A DNA stretch of 64,000 bases from a bacterium (GCA_021781555.1 JAJXWQ010000005.1:4333-68332); one strand, 5' to 3'; positions 51,619-62,257 are shown, counted from the first letter of the stretch. The notes: a model not told the origin generated them from the sequence alone. Translations and numbers: made by a program.

Positions 51619-53579
51619 CGGAGGCTCGCGTTCGCTCCGGAAGGCCCCTGCGGCGGCGCCTCCCTCATCTCACGCACGAACCGGGAGGGGATGGCATCCT
51701 TGCGATGCCCGAAGCGAACCTTCTCCCGGGAGAAGCTGACCTGCAGGTGCTTGCGCGCCCTCGTGATGGCGACATAGCAAAGCCGGCGTTCCTCGGAGAT
51801 CCCGCCTTCCTCGATCGCCATCTGGTACGGCAGCGTCCCTTCCTCGAGCCCGAGCACGAATACCGCATCCCACTCGAGCCCCTTGCTCGCGTGGATCGTC
51901 ATCAGCTGGACGGCCTTCTTGCTGCGCGACTTCCGATCGGGCTTCAGTGTCTCCTCCACCCGACGCAGGACGTCGCCGACTCCGGTCGCTTGCCAGCGAC
52001 AAACCTGGTCGTGAAAGGTCGATAGCACGTCCAGCCGGACGCGCGCCTCCTCGCCGCGCTTGTTCTCGAGCGTCTTGCGAAGCCGCGTGTCGTCGAGGAT
52101 CTTGAGGATCAGGGCGGCCACGGGTCGGCGATCGGACCGCCACGAGGCGATCAGGGACATCGCGTGGCGGATGGCGGCACGCTGCATGAGGGTAGGCAGC
52201 GGGAGGCTGTCGGCCTGCTGCGCGGCCTCGAGCAGGGTGGACTTCGATCGCTCGGCCTCCGCGCGCAGGATCGCCAGCGAGTTGCTCTCGACTCCGAAGC
52301 GCTTCAGGAGCTGTTCCAGGCCCAGGTCGGCCAGTGGTTGCACCCGCGGCATGGCCAGACGCAGGTAAGCCAGCAGCTCCTGGATCGCCGGGTTTTCGTA
52401 GAAGTGGCCGCTCTTCTTGGCGGAATACGGGATCTTCGCCTCGGAGAGCGCCTCGATGATGAGGCCGGACTGGGCGTGCGTCCGATAGAGCACGGCCATC
52501 TCCTCGAGCGGCATCCCCGCGGCGGCGAGCTCGACGATACGGGATGTCACCCCCGTGGCCTCCTCGAAGGAGTCCTGCGCCTGGGTGATCAGCACGTCGG
52601 CACCGGCCCTGGCATGAGCGCGGATCGTCTTGGCGATCTGGCGCGAGTTGTGGCGGATGAGATTGTTGGCGAGCGCGACGATCGGGGGCGTGGAGCGATA
52701 GTTCGTCTCCATGACGATGCGCCGGCAACCCTCGTAGTCGCGCTCGAAACAGAGCAGGTTATCCAGATCGGCGGCGCGGAAACCGTAGATCCCCTGCGCG
52801 TCGTCGCCCACGGCGAAGAGATTGTTCTGCGGTGCGGCAAGCAAGCGGGTGAGCGTGTACTGGGCCCGGTTGGTGTCCTGGAACTCGTCTACGAGAATGT
52901 GGGAGTAGCGCGCCTGGATCTCCGTGCGCGAATTTGCGTCTTGCTGCATCAGACGGATCGGCAGCAAAATCTGGTCATCGAAGTCGTAGAGATTTTGCCG
53001 CTTGAGACGGCCTTCGTAGCTGCGGTACAGCCGGGCCATCTGCACCTCTGCGTCGTCCGAGCTCACCCGCTTGACCTCGTCCGGGCCGAGGAGCCGGCTC
53101 TTGGCTGCCGAGATGTACCGGGCCAGCTCGTCGGCGCGAACGTTCTCGGCCCCGGCATCGCGCCTGAGAACGTCGAACAGGGACCGCTGGGTCGTCTCCA
53201 GCAGAAGATGCGGCTTGGCCGAGAACCCCACCTTCTCGTGGCGCCCCTCGAGAAGCTTGCCGCCCAGCGCGTTGAAGGTGCACAGCGTCATCTTCTGGAC
53301 CAGGTACTTGTCCCTGAGCAGTGCCAGGAGGCGCTCTGCCATCTCCTGCGCGGCCTTGCGGGTGAAAGTCACGGCGAGGATCTGGTCGGGCGGAACGCCC
53401 TGCTGGATGAGGTGGGCGATCCGGCGGGTCAGGACCAGGGTCTTTCCGGATCCGGGCGCCGCGATCACCAGCACCGGCCCGTAGGCGTGCGACACCGCGG
53501 CCCGCTGGTCGGCGTTCAGGCCCTCCAGGAGAGGCCCTCCCGGACCCTCGCTAGGCGATCCCAGGAAAAGCTGAGGCAT
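51615..53579 (-). CDS. UvrD/PcrA/Rep-family ATP-dependent DNA helicase
   Basis: SF1 motifs: LNADQRAAV, AAPGSGKT, ILAVTFTRKAA, VDEFQDTN, and C-terminal motifs (TIHASKGLEWDAVFVLGL, VAITRAR). Confidence 0.9.
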   Translation of the reverse strand: MPQLFLGSPSEGPGGPLLEGLNADQRAAVSHAYGPVLVIAAPGSGKTLVLTRRIAHLIQQGVPPDQILAVTFTRKAAQEMAERLLALLRDKYLVQKMTLCTFNALGGKLLEGRHEKVGFSAKPHLLLETTQRSLFDVLRRDAGAENVRADELARYISAAKSRLLGPDEVKRVSSDDAEVQMARLYRSYEGRLKRQNLYDFDDQILLPIRLMQQDANSRTEIQARYSHILVDEFQDTNRAQYTLTRLLAAPQNNLFAVGDDAQGIYGFRAADLDNLLCFERDYEGCRRIVMETNYRSTPPIVALANNLIRHNSRQIAKTIRAHARAGADVLITQAQDSFEEATGVTSRIVELAAAGMPLEEMAVLYRTHAQSGLIIEALSEAKIPYSAKKSGHFYENPAIQELLAYLRLAMPRVQPLADLGLEQLLKRFGVESNSLAILRAEAERSKSTLLEAAQQADSLPLPTLMQRAAIRHAMSLIASWRSDRRPVAALILKILDDTRLRKTLENKRGEEARVRLDVLSTFHDQVCRWQATGVGDVLRRVEETLKPDRKSRSKKAVQLMTIHASKGLEWDAVFVLGLEEGTLPYQMAIEEGGISEERRLCYVAITRARKHLQVSFSREKVRFGHRKDAIPSRFVREMREAPPQGPSGANASLR

Positions 53580-53787
53580 GGTTCGGTGCAGGTGCGGCCA
53601 AGAGGGATGAAGCCGGGAAAAGACCTTGGATCTCGCTCGGGGTTACGATGGCTCCGGGCGGAGCCGAAGATCACCGTGGAGAGTGCGGAGATCGCTCAGG
53701 TGATGCGTCGAATGAGATGGAGTTGATGGAAACAACCGGATCGACGGGAGCCTCGATCGTAGCACGGTTGGCGGTAGAATCGAAATC

Positions 53788-54225
53788 ATGACGATCAAGG
53801 TCGGAGAGGGCCTCCTGCCCGACCCCGGAGCCCCGCAGATCGGCCCCCGGTCCAGCCAGGACCCGGAGGATCCCGTGGCGTTCCGCAACCAGCTCTCGTA
53901 CCAGAGCGGTTCCGGGGAGGAGCCGATCGATCAGCTGCTCGGGGATATCCAGGCGCAGGCACAGCGCCTGCTGGCCAGCCCATCGCTCGGAGAGCTCGCG
54001 GTATACCGGGACTCTATCCGGCGCTTCATGAAGGCGATCGCCCCGCGCCTCGGCAAGCTCGACAAGAATCACGATCGGCGCAACCGGACTCTCGTCATCA
54101 TCCGATCGGTCGATGATAAGCTCGAGGGGCTGGCCAAGGCGTTCCTGGAAGACCAGGGCAAGGGAATCGACCTCCTGGCCGCTCTGAACGAGATCCACGG
54201 GATGCTCCTGGATCTTTTGATCTAG
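53788..54225 (+). CDS. DUF327 (YaaR-like) family protein
   Basis: 145 aa; helical; weak memory match to the YaaR family; a -10-like TAGAAT sits 10 bp upstream of the ATG (possible short-leader transcript); stop TAG lies in a repeat. Confidence 0.45.
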   Translation: MTIKVGEGLLPDPGAPQIGPRSSQDPEDPVAFRNQLSYQSGSGEEPIDQLLGDIQAQAQRLLASPSLGELAVYRDSIRRFMKAIAPRLGKLDKNHDRRNRTLVIIRSVDDKLEGLAKAFLEDQGKGIDLLAALNEIHGMLLDLLI

Positions 54226-54400
54226 AGTGCTCCCGGTTCGAATGGATCGAGCCCGATGAGTCAAACGGGGCCCGGTTGCGCAGCGAAGCGACCGCGCAGA
54301 GGGCCCCGTTCAAACTGCAAAAGGCCTAGATTGTTTGCGGGGTGAGCGGTTCGCCAGCAGCCGCGCGGAGCGATCCGTCCAAGCTGGAAAAGGTCCGAAC
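54223..54400 (+). repeat. Full MITE-like repeat copy plus a diverged partial unit
   Basis: ctagagtgctcccggttcgaatggatcgagcccgatgagtcaaacggggcccggttgcgcagcgaagcgaccgcgcagagggccccgttcaaactgcaaaaggcctag. Confidence 0.9.
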
Positions 54401-54792
54401 GGACAGCCAACGGGCCTGGCCAACCCGGACGTAGGCGGAGTGGCGGAAGATGGCCTATCGTGCAAGAAACGCTCCCGGATAAGGCCAAAGCGCCAAACTC
54501 GTCACCGACTTCGCGGCAAACCTGTTTCAGAGTGGTGGGAGAAGCGACTGCGGGCCTCATTCCGCTGCGCAGGAGGTGCGTGGATGTATCCGGCCCTGTT
54601 GGACCACTTGCTGTGGGCGATCGCCTTGGTCGTGCCCCCTCTCGTCATCCTTGGCGCTGCCAATCCGAGAACGCCCCCCGAGAACAGACATTCTGGCGAG
54701 CCAGGCCCCTGATTTGTTCCTCTGCCCGCTACCGTGCTGCCGGAGTCCCGGAACCGCGACCGGGACTCCGGCTTTGCCACCAGAGCTGGCGA

Positions 54793-55428
54793 TTACTGCT
54801 TGAAGTAGAGGAATGCCTCGGCCACGGCCAGGACCACCGTGGCGGCGATCGGAATGTCCTGGTGGAGGTCCGGATACCAGACCTCGTGCACGTCGATTGC
54901 CGAGCCCTCCTGGATGAGGGGAATGTGGTCTGGATCCGCGATCAGCCGGTCGAGATCGAAGCGCTCGCTGCTTCCGGTCGTGCTCTTGACGTCGATGTCA
55001 TCGCGCGCGGCTCGCGGAGTGGGCCCCCCCGCGGCCGCCAGGGCCTCGGTGAGCGAGGGCTCGGTCGTGAACTCGTAGACCCCGGGCTTCTCGACCTGCC
55101 CGAGCACCGAGATCCTGAGGCTGTGGAAATGCTCGACGTTGACCACGATCAGGGGGGACGTCAGGAAGGGCCGGTAGGCGCGCTGCAAGTCGGTCGTGAC
55201 CTGGCCGACGGTCTTCCCGCCGACCACGAGCTGGCTGACCAGGGGCAAGGAGATGCGCCCGTCGGGCCGCACCGCCTCGTCCGTGACGGAAAGATCGGGA
55301 TGCCCGACGACGGTGACGTTCAGCGTGTCGTCCGGGCACAGGCGGTACACGGGAGTTGCGGCGGACACCGGGAGCTGCCAGGCGAGCAAGGTCGCGAGGA
55401 TGGCCATTGCGAAGGATCTGCGTTTCAT
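54793..55428 (-). CDS. Polysaccharide export protein (Wza/KpsD-like Poly_export + SLBB)
   Basis: Signal peptide; Poly_export motif YRLCPDDTLNVTVVGHPDLS...VRPDGRISLPLVSQLVVGGKTVGQVTTDLQRAY; 211 aa. Confidence 0.75.
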   Translation of the reverse strand: MKRRSFAMAILATLLAWQLPVSAATPVYRLCPDDTLNVTVVGHPDLSVTDEAVRPDGRISLPLVSQLVVGGKTVGQVTTDLQRAYRPFLTSPLIVVNVEHFHSLRISVLGQVEKPGVYEFTTEPSLTEALAAAGGPTPRAARDDIDVKSTTGSSERFDLDRLIADPDHIPLIQEGSAIDVHEVWYPDLHQDIPIAATVVLAVAEAFLYFKQ

Positions 55429-56678
55429 GACGGTTCCCTTTCCTGGATCTCCGCTTCATGCGGAGCAAGCACGGCCGGATTCAAGAGCCCCTTCAAGGAC
55501 AAGTTGATCGGAGCGCGGCGCAGCCGGCCGCGATCGGCGGCCTGCGCCGAAAGCGCCCAGAGCGCCCAGAGGAACTGGTTGATGAGAACGTGCAGGAAGA
55601 CGCCGGCCACCATCACCCCGAGGAGTCCGGCGACGAGGGCTCGCTCGGATCTGCCACGCCGGCCGAAACCGAGGTGGGTGACGAGCACCCATACGAGGGC
55701 CACCAGACCACCGAAGCCGGTCTCGACGAAAGCCTGAACATAGGTACTGTGCGGATCCCTGGCCATGTTGAGCCCCGCGAGGGTCGGGGTGATCCGCCGT
55801 GATGCGTGCAGGCCCACTCCGGTCGGCCAGCGGCGAATGCCCTCCTGAATATCGGCCTTCCAGATGATGGTCCGGTCGGCGCCCGTCGGATCCCGCGAGA
55901 GATCGAAGCGGCCCAGGTGGGGCGCAAACCCGACATAGAACGCGGCCAGGGCCATCAGGCCGAGGACGGCGGTCTTCCAGCGCCCGCGGAGCAAGAAGAA
56001 GGTGACGGCGACGGCGAGAAGGCCCAGCGTGCCACCGCGGGACTCGGTCAGGATCGCCGCCCCGCCGATGAGAGCGGCCAGCACGTACCCGAACGGGCGG
56101 ATCCCGTCCCGTGGCATTCGCGCCAGTTCGAGCGCAGCTGCGAACGGCAGCAGGAGCTCGGCCACGACGAAGTTCGGGTCGGTCTGGGCACCCAGCAATC
56201 CCATCGTGAACCTGAGGCTGGATGTCTGCACCTCGCCGGCCATGGCCGAGACAAGGATGTTCAGCGCGGCAGCCCCCCCACCGAAAGCGAAGGCTCGCAG
56301 CGTGAGCTTGACCTCCCGGCGGGATAGCTGAGCCGAGGTGGCCAGGAAGTAGGTGAGACCATTGATCCAGACGCGGAGCAGGCCCAGCCAGGTGAGACCG
56401 CGATCGGCCGAGAGGAAGTACGAGGCGTTCATCGCGATCAAGAGGGCCAGAACGGCCAGCTGCCTGCCGGCACTCCGGCCGCGTCGCGGCGCGCCGAGGG
56501 CCAGCGCGAGGCTGGCGACCAGCCCGCAGGCCAGCAGGACCCAGTCAAGCTTGATCTGGTTGAGCCAGCTCTCGCCGGGCAGGAGAAAGGCGTAGGCCAG
56601 CCAGGGCCACAGCCAGTGTGGCAGGCGATCCGCCGACTTGGCGGCAGTGACCGGGTTGCGGCCTGGAACGTCGATCAT
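55425..56678 (-). CDS. O-antigen ligase / Wzy-like polymerase family membrane protein
   Basis: About 10 TM helices; periplasmic loop with Wzy_C-like motif ILTESRGGTLGLLAVAV; 4-bp overlap with the wza-like gene. Confidence 0.65.
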   Translation of the reverse strand: MIDVPGRNPVTAAKSADRLPHWLWPWLAYAFLLPGESWLNQIKLDWVLLACGLVASLALALGAPRRGRSAGRQLAVLALLIAMNASYFLSADRGLTWLGLLRVWINGLTYFLATSAQLSRREVKLTLRAFAFGGGAAALNILVSAMAGEVQTSSLRFTMGLLGAQTDPNFVVAELLLPFAAALELARMPRDGIRPFGYVLAALIGGAAILTESRGGTLGLLAVAVTFFLLRGRWKTAVLGLMALAAFYVGFAPHLGRFDLSRDPTGADRTIIWKADIQEGIRRWPTGVGLHASRRITPTLAGLNMARDPHSTYVQAFVETGFGGLVALVWVLVTHLGFGRRGRSERALVAGLLGVMVAGVFLHVLINQFLWALWALSAQAADRGRLRRAPINLSLKGLLNPAVLAPHEAEIQEREPS

Positions 56679-56844
56679 GGCTGGTCCTCCCGAACCGGGT
56701 CCAGCCATGGTGCCAAGCGGCCCTTACCGCGATCCAGGCCAGCTTGGCCAAGAAACCTTGGATCCGAGGCGACCGCTCCGCAAAAGGCCAGAAGCGTGCC
56801 GCAGGGCACGCTTCTGGCAGGAGAGTGAGATCGCCGGGAGCCGC

Positions 56845-58428
56845 CTACTGGTACTCGTAGGCCCCCGCGTCCGGCGCGGAACCGACCACCCGCGGGTTGC
56901 CCGCATAGTCCGTGGTGACCGGGAACTGGTTGCCGCTGGCGTCGACGAAGGGCGGAATGGCCAGTCCCTTGTCGATGGCGGGCGATCCGGAGAGCAGCTG
57001 GAAGTTGTCTGCCGCGGCGTCGACGAAGCCGGTGACGGACGTCAGCCAGACGTTGTTCGAGATGCTGTACGAAGAGCCTGTGCTCTGGTCCTCCTGGGTC
57101 GTGCCGGTCGTGTAACCGAGGTTGTTGATCACCTGGGCCGTGTTGCCGTAGCCGGCGAAATACAGCGTGATCTGGTTATTGAAAAGGGTGTTGTTGGCGA
57201 AGAGGACGTCCTGGGCTCCGGTGTTGGGGGCCGGTCCCGGATCCCAGATGCTCATCCCGTCGCCCTGTGTCTGATTGAAGATCACGTTGTCGTAGACCCA
57301 GACATGCTGCGTGGTGTAATGCGTGTCCTCGGACGAGACCGTGATGCCGTGCTTGTTGTCGTGCACCCAGTTGTGATGGATCCGGAGGTAGTTGACGCCG
57401 TCGACGTAGATACCAACCTGGGCATTGTGATCGACCGTGTTTCCGACGACCTCACCGTTCGAGCCGCCCATCCAGAGGTCGATTCCGATCTGATTGATGT
57501 TATCGACGGTGTTCCCCTGGACCAGGAAGTTCGTTGCACCCACGCTGATGCCCTGACCGTTGGCTGTGTAGACTCCGTCGTGAACATAGTCGTTCACCAC
57601 GCTGATGTTCTGGACTGGCTGATTGCCGCTCGCGGTATTCAGGTAATAAGCGTTCGTGATCCCATCGTTCTGCATGTTTGTGACCTCGCAGTTCTGGATG
57701 GTCTCGTTGTTTGCCAGGTACACCACGCCACTGTTGGCAGAGTTTGCGATCTTCAGGTTATAGAGTGTTATGTATGGCGCCCACATCTCGACAACACCAT
57801 AGTTGACGTGATCTGTGCCCCAGCTGGTGTCGGTGTTGGCGATCCGCGAACCGTCGATCACGGGAACCCCGCCGTAGCCCTCGAAGATGATCGGGGCGCC
57901 GGACGTGCCGCCATTGTGGAGCGTCAGGTGCTCGTAGTAGGTACCCGGCGAGATATAGATCGTCGTCCCGGGCTTGGCGCGACTGGCGGCGGTGGCGATG
58001 TTGCGCAGGGGCGACGCGGGAGACGCTCCCGAGTTGGAGTCGCTTCCGGACGTGGACACGTACAGGGAGTAAGGGGTCGAGGGAATGGCCGGGGCCGGGA
58101 AGACCTGCACACCGCTGGCCGGCTGGATGCCCCCGACGGGTGCCGGGGTCGGGGTGACGACCGGAGCCGGGGTCGGAGAGTCTACGGGGGCCGGCGTGGC
58201 GCTCGGGCTCGTCCCCGGCGCGGGCGTGGGCCAGGTGGTCGGAGACGTCGTCGGGGCCGGGCTGGGCGACGGATCGCGCCAGGGATGCTGCTTGAGCCAG
58301 TTTTGGTACCGGGGGGATACCGTCGTGCGCCAGCCAGCCAGGTTCTGCGTCGCAAAATTCGACCCAGAAGCTGACGGGAGACCGGTCGTCGCGCAACCAA
58401 GCAAGCAAAGTGCCAGCATGGAACTCAT
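56845..58428 (-). CDS. Right-handed parallel beta-helix repeat lipoprotein (putative polysaccharide lyase/hydrolase)
   Basis: Lipobox LLGCA; Pro/Thr/Ser linker (PSPSPAPTTSPTTWPTPAPGTSPSATPAP...); many NxxG/NVxxDN beta-helix coils (VVNDYVHDGVY, VGNTVDHNAQVGIYVDG, HHNWVHDNKHGI); GC and codon usage noticeably lower than neighbours. Confidence 0.7.
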   Translation of the reverse strand: MSSMLALCLLGCATTGLPSASGSNFATQNLAGWRTTVSPRYQNWLKQHPWRDPSPSPAPTTSPTTWPTPAPGTSPSATPAPVDSPTPAPVVTPTPAPVGGIQPASGVQVFPAPAIPSTPYSLYVSTSGSDSNSGASPASPLRNIATAASRAKPGTTIYISPGTYYEHLTLHNGGTSGAPIIFEGYGGVPVIDGSRIANTDTSWGTDHVNYGVVEMWAPYITLYNLKIANSANSGVVYLANNETIQNCEVTNMQNDGITNAYYLNTASGNQPVQNISVVNDYVHDGVYTANGQGISVGATNFLVQGNTVDNINQIGIDLWMGGSNGEVVGNTVDHNAQVGIYVDGVNYLRIHHNWVHDNKHGITVSSEDTHYTTQHVWVYDNVIFNQTQGDGMSIWDPGPAPNTGAQDVLFANNTLFNNQITLYFAGYGNTAQVINNLGYTTGTTQEDQSTGSSYSISNNVWLTSVTGFVDAAADNFQLLSGSPAIDKGLAIPPFVDASGNQFPVTTDYAGNPRVVGSAPDAGAYEYQ

Positions 58429-58622
58429 GCTGATGTAAATCTTGCTTGATCGGTATGGAGAAGCGGATGAATTCATTATGCAGTGTTCCTTTCCGGAAAT
58501 CTCGGCGTAGCTATCTGGTTGCGCTCAAGATACTGCCCATACACTAGCGATGTTTCGTTTCACGCATTCTCTGGACTCGCTAAACGAAGGTCTTCTCCCG
58601 CCCGGTCGAATTAGCGGGACTC

Positions 58623-58730
58623 ATAGTGCTTCCGGCTTGAATGAATCGGGTCCGAGGAGTCAAACGGGGACCGGTTGCCCGGCGCAGGGACCGCGCAGAG
58701 GGACCCGTTCAAACTGCGAAGGGTCTGGTC
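58623..58730 (+). repeat. Diverged MITE-like repeat copy in the divergent promoter region of the EPS cluster
   Basis: atagtgcttccggcttgaatgaatcgggtccgaggagtcaaacggggaccggttgcccggcgcagggaccgcgcagagggacccgttcaaactgcgaagggtctgg. Confidence 0.8.
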
Positions 58731-58804
58731 GGTTCCGACGACGACAGCAGCCGCCAGCCGCCGGAAACTGGACGGGCCTGTCGCATGCATCCACGAGGGA
58801 ACGA

Positions 58805-59911
58805 ATGAACATCCTGCTTGTCACCAACCAGCTGGCGGTCGGCGGGGCCGAGTCCTTCCTGGTCCGGCTGGCCGGCGAGCTGTCGCGTCGCGGTCATCTG
58901 GTGGGCGTGGCGGCCCTGGATGGAGAGCTGGTCGTCGCACTGGCTCCCTCGGTCCGTTACTACCGCGCCCCGGCGCGGCCCGACCGCGCCATCGGCTTCC
59001 TGCGCCTGGCCGAGTGGCTCCATGGGGTCATCCGCGCCCACGCCCCGCACGTCATCCACGCGAACTCCTCGACGAGCGCAGCTGCGTCCTGGCTCGCCCG
59101 GGGCATGTTCCGGGTACCCATCGTGGCCTCCGCCCACGGGGCCTGGTACGGAGCCAGGCGCCACGTGGCGGCGCGTCTGTATGGGGCGTTCAGCGACGTC
59201 GTCGTGGGCTGCTCGCAGAACCTGACGGACGACCTGGTCGCCTGCGGCCTGCCCCGGCACAAGGCCCGGGTGGTCCTGAACGGCGTACCTCGGCCCGACG
59301 TCCCGGGGGAAAGCCGCTCGGCAGCGCGCCGAGAGCTCGGGATCGCTGCCAACGCTCCGGTGATCCTCACGGTCGCTCGGCTCGATCCCATGAAGGGCCA
59401 GGATGTCCTGATGCGCGCCTTCGCCGAGGTCAGACGGGCCCAGCCCCAGGCACGCCTGCTCGTGGCGGGAGAAGGTGACTTCCGCTCGAAGCTGGAGGTG
59501 GTCCGCTCGGATCTGGGACTCGAGGCGGCGATCTCGCTGCTGGGATTCCGTGCGGATGTGAATCGCTTGCTGACGGCCAGCGACATCTTTTGCCTGCCAT
59601 CATTTCACGAGGGCCTGCCCTTGGCCGTCTGCGAGGCCATGGCCGCTGGTTGCCCGGTGGTCGTGACCTCCGTCGGTGGGGTCCCGGAAGTGGTTCGAGA
59701 CGATGTCACCGGCTGGCTCGTCGCTCCTCGCGACGCCGCAGCCCTTGCCGGTCGCCTCCTGTCGGCCCTGACGAATCCCGTCGCGAGAGCGCGAGTCGGC
59801 GAGGCGGCGCGCCTGCATGCCGAGAGGTTCCTCAGCCTCGAGCACATGGCCACGGAGTTCGAGACCCTCTACTCGCACAGCGCAGTGCACTTCGCCGAGG
59901 CGCTGGCATGA
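58805..59911 (+). CDS. GT4-family glycosyltransferase
   Basis: N-terminal VTNQLAVGGAESF; C-terminal EGLPLAVCEAMAAGCPVVVTSVGGVPEVV (EX7E). Confidence 0.85.
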   Translation: MNILLVTNQLAVGGAESFLVRLAGELSRRGHLVGVAALDGELVVALAPSVRYYRAPARPDRAIGFLRLAEWLHGVIRAHAPHVIHANSSTSAAASWLARGMFRVPIVASAHGAWYGARRHVAARLYGAFSDVVVGCSQNLTDDLVACGLPRHKARVVLNGVPRPDVPGESRSAARRELGIAANAPVILTVARLDPMKGQDVLMRAFAEVRRAQPQARLLVAGEGDFRSKLEVVRSDLGLEAAISLLGFRADVNRLLTASDIFCLPSFHEGLPLAVCEAMAAGCPVVVTSVGGVPEVVRDDVTGWLVAPRDAAALAGRLLSALTNPVARARVGEAARLHAERFLSLEHMATEFETLYSHSAVHFAEALA

Positions 59912-59955
59912 GCATGTCCCCCACGAAATGACGGCTTTCTACGGAGGATTTGGTC

Positions 59956-60876
59956 TTGACACCGACCATTTCTGTGATATTGCCGGTCTTCAACGGTGGC
60001 CCCTATCTGGAGCCGATGCTGGAGTCCTTGCTCGCGCAAACATACGGTGATTTCGAGATCGTGTGCGTGGACGACGGCTCTACGGACGGATCTTCCGCGA
60101 TTCTTGCTCGTTTTGCCGAACGCGACCCGCGCGTGCGGGTCTGGCGCCAGGTGAATTCGGGGATCATCGCGGCCCGCAACGCAGCGATTTCTCGAGCCCG
60201 GGGAGCTTTTCTGGCCCTGCAGGACCAGGACGATCTTTCCGAACCCCGACGCTTCGAGGCCCAGATCGCGGCCTTTGCCTGCGACCCCGAACTGGTGCTT
60301 TGCGGGACCCAGGCCATGCAGATCGATGGCAAGGATCGCAAGCTGCATTCCACGCACCTGCCGGCCCAGCACGAGGACGTGATCAAGCGTTTTCCCGTCG
60401 AGAACCCCTTCTGCCACTGCTCGGTGATGATGCGAAAGTCGGTCCTCGACAAGCTGGGCCGGGCCTACATCTACCCCGAGGTGGACGACTACGAGCTCCT
60501 CTTCCAGGTCGCCAGGCTCGGCCACGCGTCCAACCTGCACCAGCGGCTGTACCGGTACCGGGTCCACCGGAACCAGTACTCTCGTCGGCATCACGGGCGC
60601 ATGCTGCTGGCCCGGGCGGCCTTGCAGCGCGACGTGATCTGCCCGGCGCTGGGCGTGCCCTACCGTACGGTCCGCTTGAATTTCGCCATGCTGGACGAGG
60701 CCATCTTCAGGGCGCATCAGGCGGGTGATCGCCGCCTGGCCCTGGAGGCGACGCGAGCGCAGCTCCAGAAGTTCTGGTGGCACTGGCGCCCGTACTCCTG
60801 GCTGGTCCGGATCTGCATCGGCGAGGATGTCTATCGCGGGAGCCAGCGCCTGTTCGAGCGCCTCTTACCGGCGTGA
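59956..60876 (+). CDS. GT2-family glycosyltransferase
   Basis: ISVILPVFNGGPYLEPMLESLLAQTY, DFEIVCVDDGSTDGS (DxD region); probable TTG start 7 nt after the aggagg RBS. Confidence 0.8.
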   Translation: MTPTISVILPVFNGGPYLEPMLESLLAQTYGDFEIVCVDDGSTDGSSAILARFAERDPRVRVWRQVNSGIIAARNAAISRARGAFLALQDQDDLSEPRRFEAQIAAFACDPELVLCGTQAMQIDGKDRKLHSTHLPAQHEDVIKRFPVENPFCHCSVMMRKSVLDKLGRAYIYPEVDDYELLFQVARLGHASNLHQRLYRYRVHRNQYSRRHHGRMLLARAALQRDVICPALGVPYRTVRLNFAMLDEAIFRAHQAGDRRLALEATRAQLQKFWWHWRPYSWLVRICIGEDVYRGSQRLFERLLPA

Positions 60877-61007
60877 GGCAAAAACCGCGATGAGGGCGGC
60901 TGCGCCCGCGGGGCCGAGCGGCAAGCAGGGCGGCAAAGCCTGGACCTGGCGCCAGGGTGGCACCAGGTCGAGATCGCTCTGCGCGGTCGCTGCGCCAGGC
61001 CCGATCG

Positions 61008-61991
61008 TCAGGGGGCGTACCGGAGGCCCAAGGGGGGCGACTGCAGATACCGGACCGCCTGGCGCTTGGCGACGATCGCCTCGTAGATGTGCGCAGCCTC
61101 CACCGAGCCGAGGCCGAGGCGTGCGGCCAGGACCTCCGGCGAATCGCCCCGGTCCAGGGACCACAGGGCGAGGTCCATCTGCGGGTAGGGCAGGCCGAAG
61201 AAGAACTCGTCCTGGCCCTGCGCAAGCGTGTAGGTGTCGGTGGTGGGCGAGGACGTGCAGATCTCCTCGGGAAGGCCCAGGTGGCGGGCCAGGGCGTAAA
61301 CCTGGGTCTTGTAGAGGTGCGCGATGGGCTTGAGGTCCGCGGATCCGTCGCCGTTCTTGACGAAGAAGCCTTGGTCGTACTCCAGGAGGTTCGGCGTTCC
61401 GACGACAGCATAGTTCAGGCGGTCGGCGTGGTGGTACTCGGTCGCCTTGCGCAGCCGCTGCTTGAAGTTCTGCGCGGCGACGATCTCGAGGTACTCGCGG
61501 TGGGGCAGGCGGGCGGTGTGCTCCACGCCGAAGGGATCCCTCACGACGAGGCGAAAGTGGTGGAACTGGCCGTCTTGACCGCCGCCAAGGACGATCTTGT
61601 TCTTCCAGCCGGGGCCGTAGTCCGGAAAGACGTTGCGGATGGCGCGATCCCGGCGATCGTAGCAAGCGATGCCGGCAAGAGCTGCCGTCAGATCCTCCAC
61701 CAGGAACGGGGCGCCGACCGAGCGAGCTGCCGCCTCGCCCAGACGCGAGCTGCTATCCGAGCTTTCCCGCTCCGGCATCAACAGCGCCAGGACGCGCTCC
61801 GCCCCCAGGGCCCGGGTGGACAGCGCCAGGCAGACGGCGCTGTCCACCCCTCCGGACACACCGACGATCGCCCCCCTGCGATGGAGGCGGCGCACCACGA
61901 TGTCGCGGATACCCTCCTCGATCCGGCGGCACTCGGCGTTTGCATCGAGGGCCAGGCAGGACGCCACAGCGGCGGCCGACGTGCCGCTCAT
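61008..61991 (-). CDS. nadE: NH3-dependent NAD+ synthetase-family PP-loop amidotransferase
   Basis: PP-loop GVSGGVDSAV; NadE-like segment YAVVGTPNLLEYDQGFFVKNGDGSADLKPIAHLYKTQVY; ATG overlaps the stop of the upstream ACP gene (ATGA). Confidence 0.75.
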   Translation of the reverse strand: MSGTSAAAVASCLALDANAECRRIEEGIRDIVVRRLHRRGAIVGVSGGVDSAVCLALSTRALGAERVLALLMPERESSDSSSRLGEAAARSVGAPFLVEDLTAALAGIACYDRRDRAIRNVFPDYGPGWKNKIVLGGGQDGQFHHFRLVVRDPFGVEHTARLPHREYLEIVAAQNFKQRLRKATEYHHADRLNYAVVGTPNLLEYDQGFFVKNGDGSADLKPIAHLYKTQVYALARHLGLPEEICTSSPTTDTYTLAQGQDEFFFGLPYPQMDLALWSLDRGDSPEVLAARLGLGSVEAAHIYEAIVAKRQAVRYLQSPPLGLRYAP

Positions 61992-62257
61992 GCCTGCGGC
62001 TCCGCGACCTGGAAGCCGAGCTTTTCGCGCACATAGGAGACGATGGCGTCGACCGAATCGAGGTTGCCGGGCAGCAGTTCGCCGTCCTTCACCTGGATGC
62101 CGAATGCCTGCTCGAGGAAGGCAACCAGCTCGAGGACCCCGGTCGAATCGAGGATGGAAAGCTTGCGCAGCGAAGCGTCGTCCGCAAGATCGGTGGGAAG
62201 GGCGACCATCAGGAGGTCTTCGAGGATGAAGGTGCGTACCCTCGCTTTGATGTCCAC
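61988..62257 (-). CDS. Acyl/peptidyl carrier protein (phosphopantetheine-binding)
   Basis: 89 aa from a GTG start preceded by aaggag + 7 nt; Ser motif LDSTGVLELVAFLE. Confidence 0.65.
   Translation of the reverse strand: MDIKARVRTFILEDLLMVALPTDLADDASLRKLSILDSTGVLELVAFLEQAFGIQVKDGELLPGNLDSVDAIVSYVREKLGFQVAEPQA

Noticed and set aside
54583-54712. A 43-aa hydrophobic mini-ORF (MYPALLDHLLWAIALVVPPLVILGAANPRT...) upstream of the wza-like operon
   Set aside because: It is short, has no RBS evidence, and lies in a region containing degenerate repeat fragments. It cannot be distinguished from chance.
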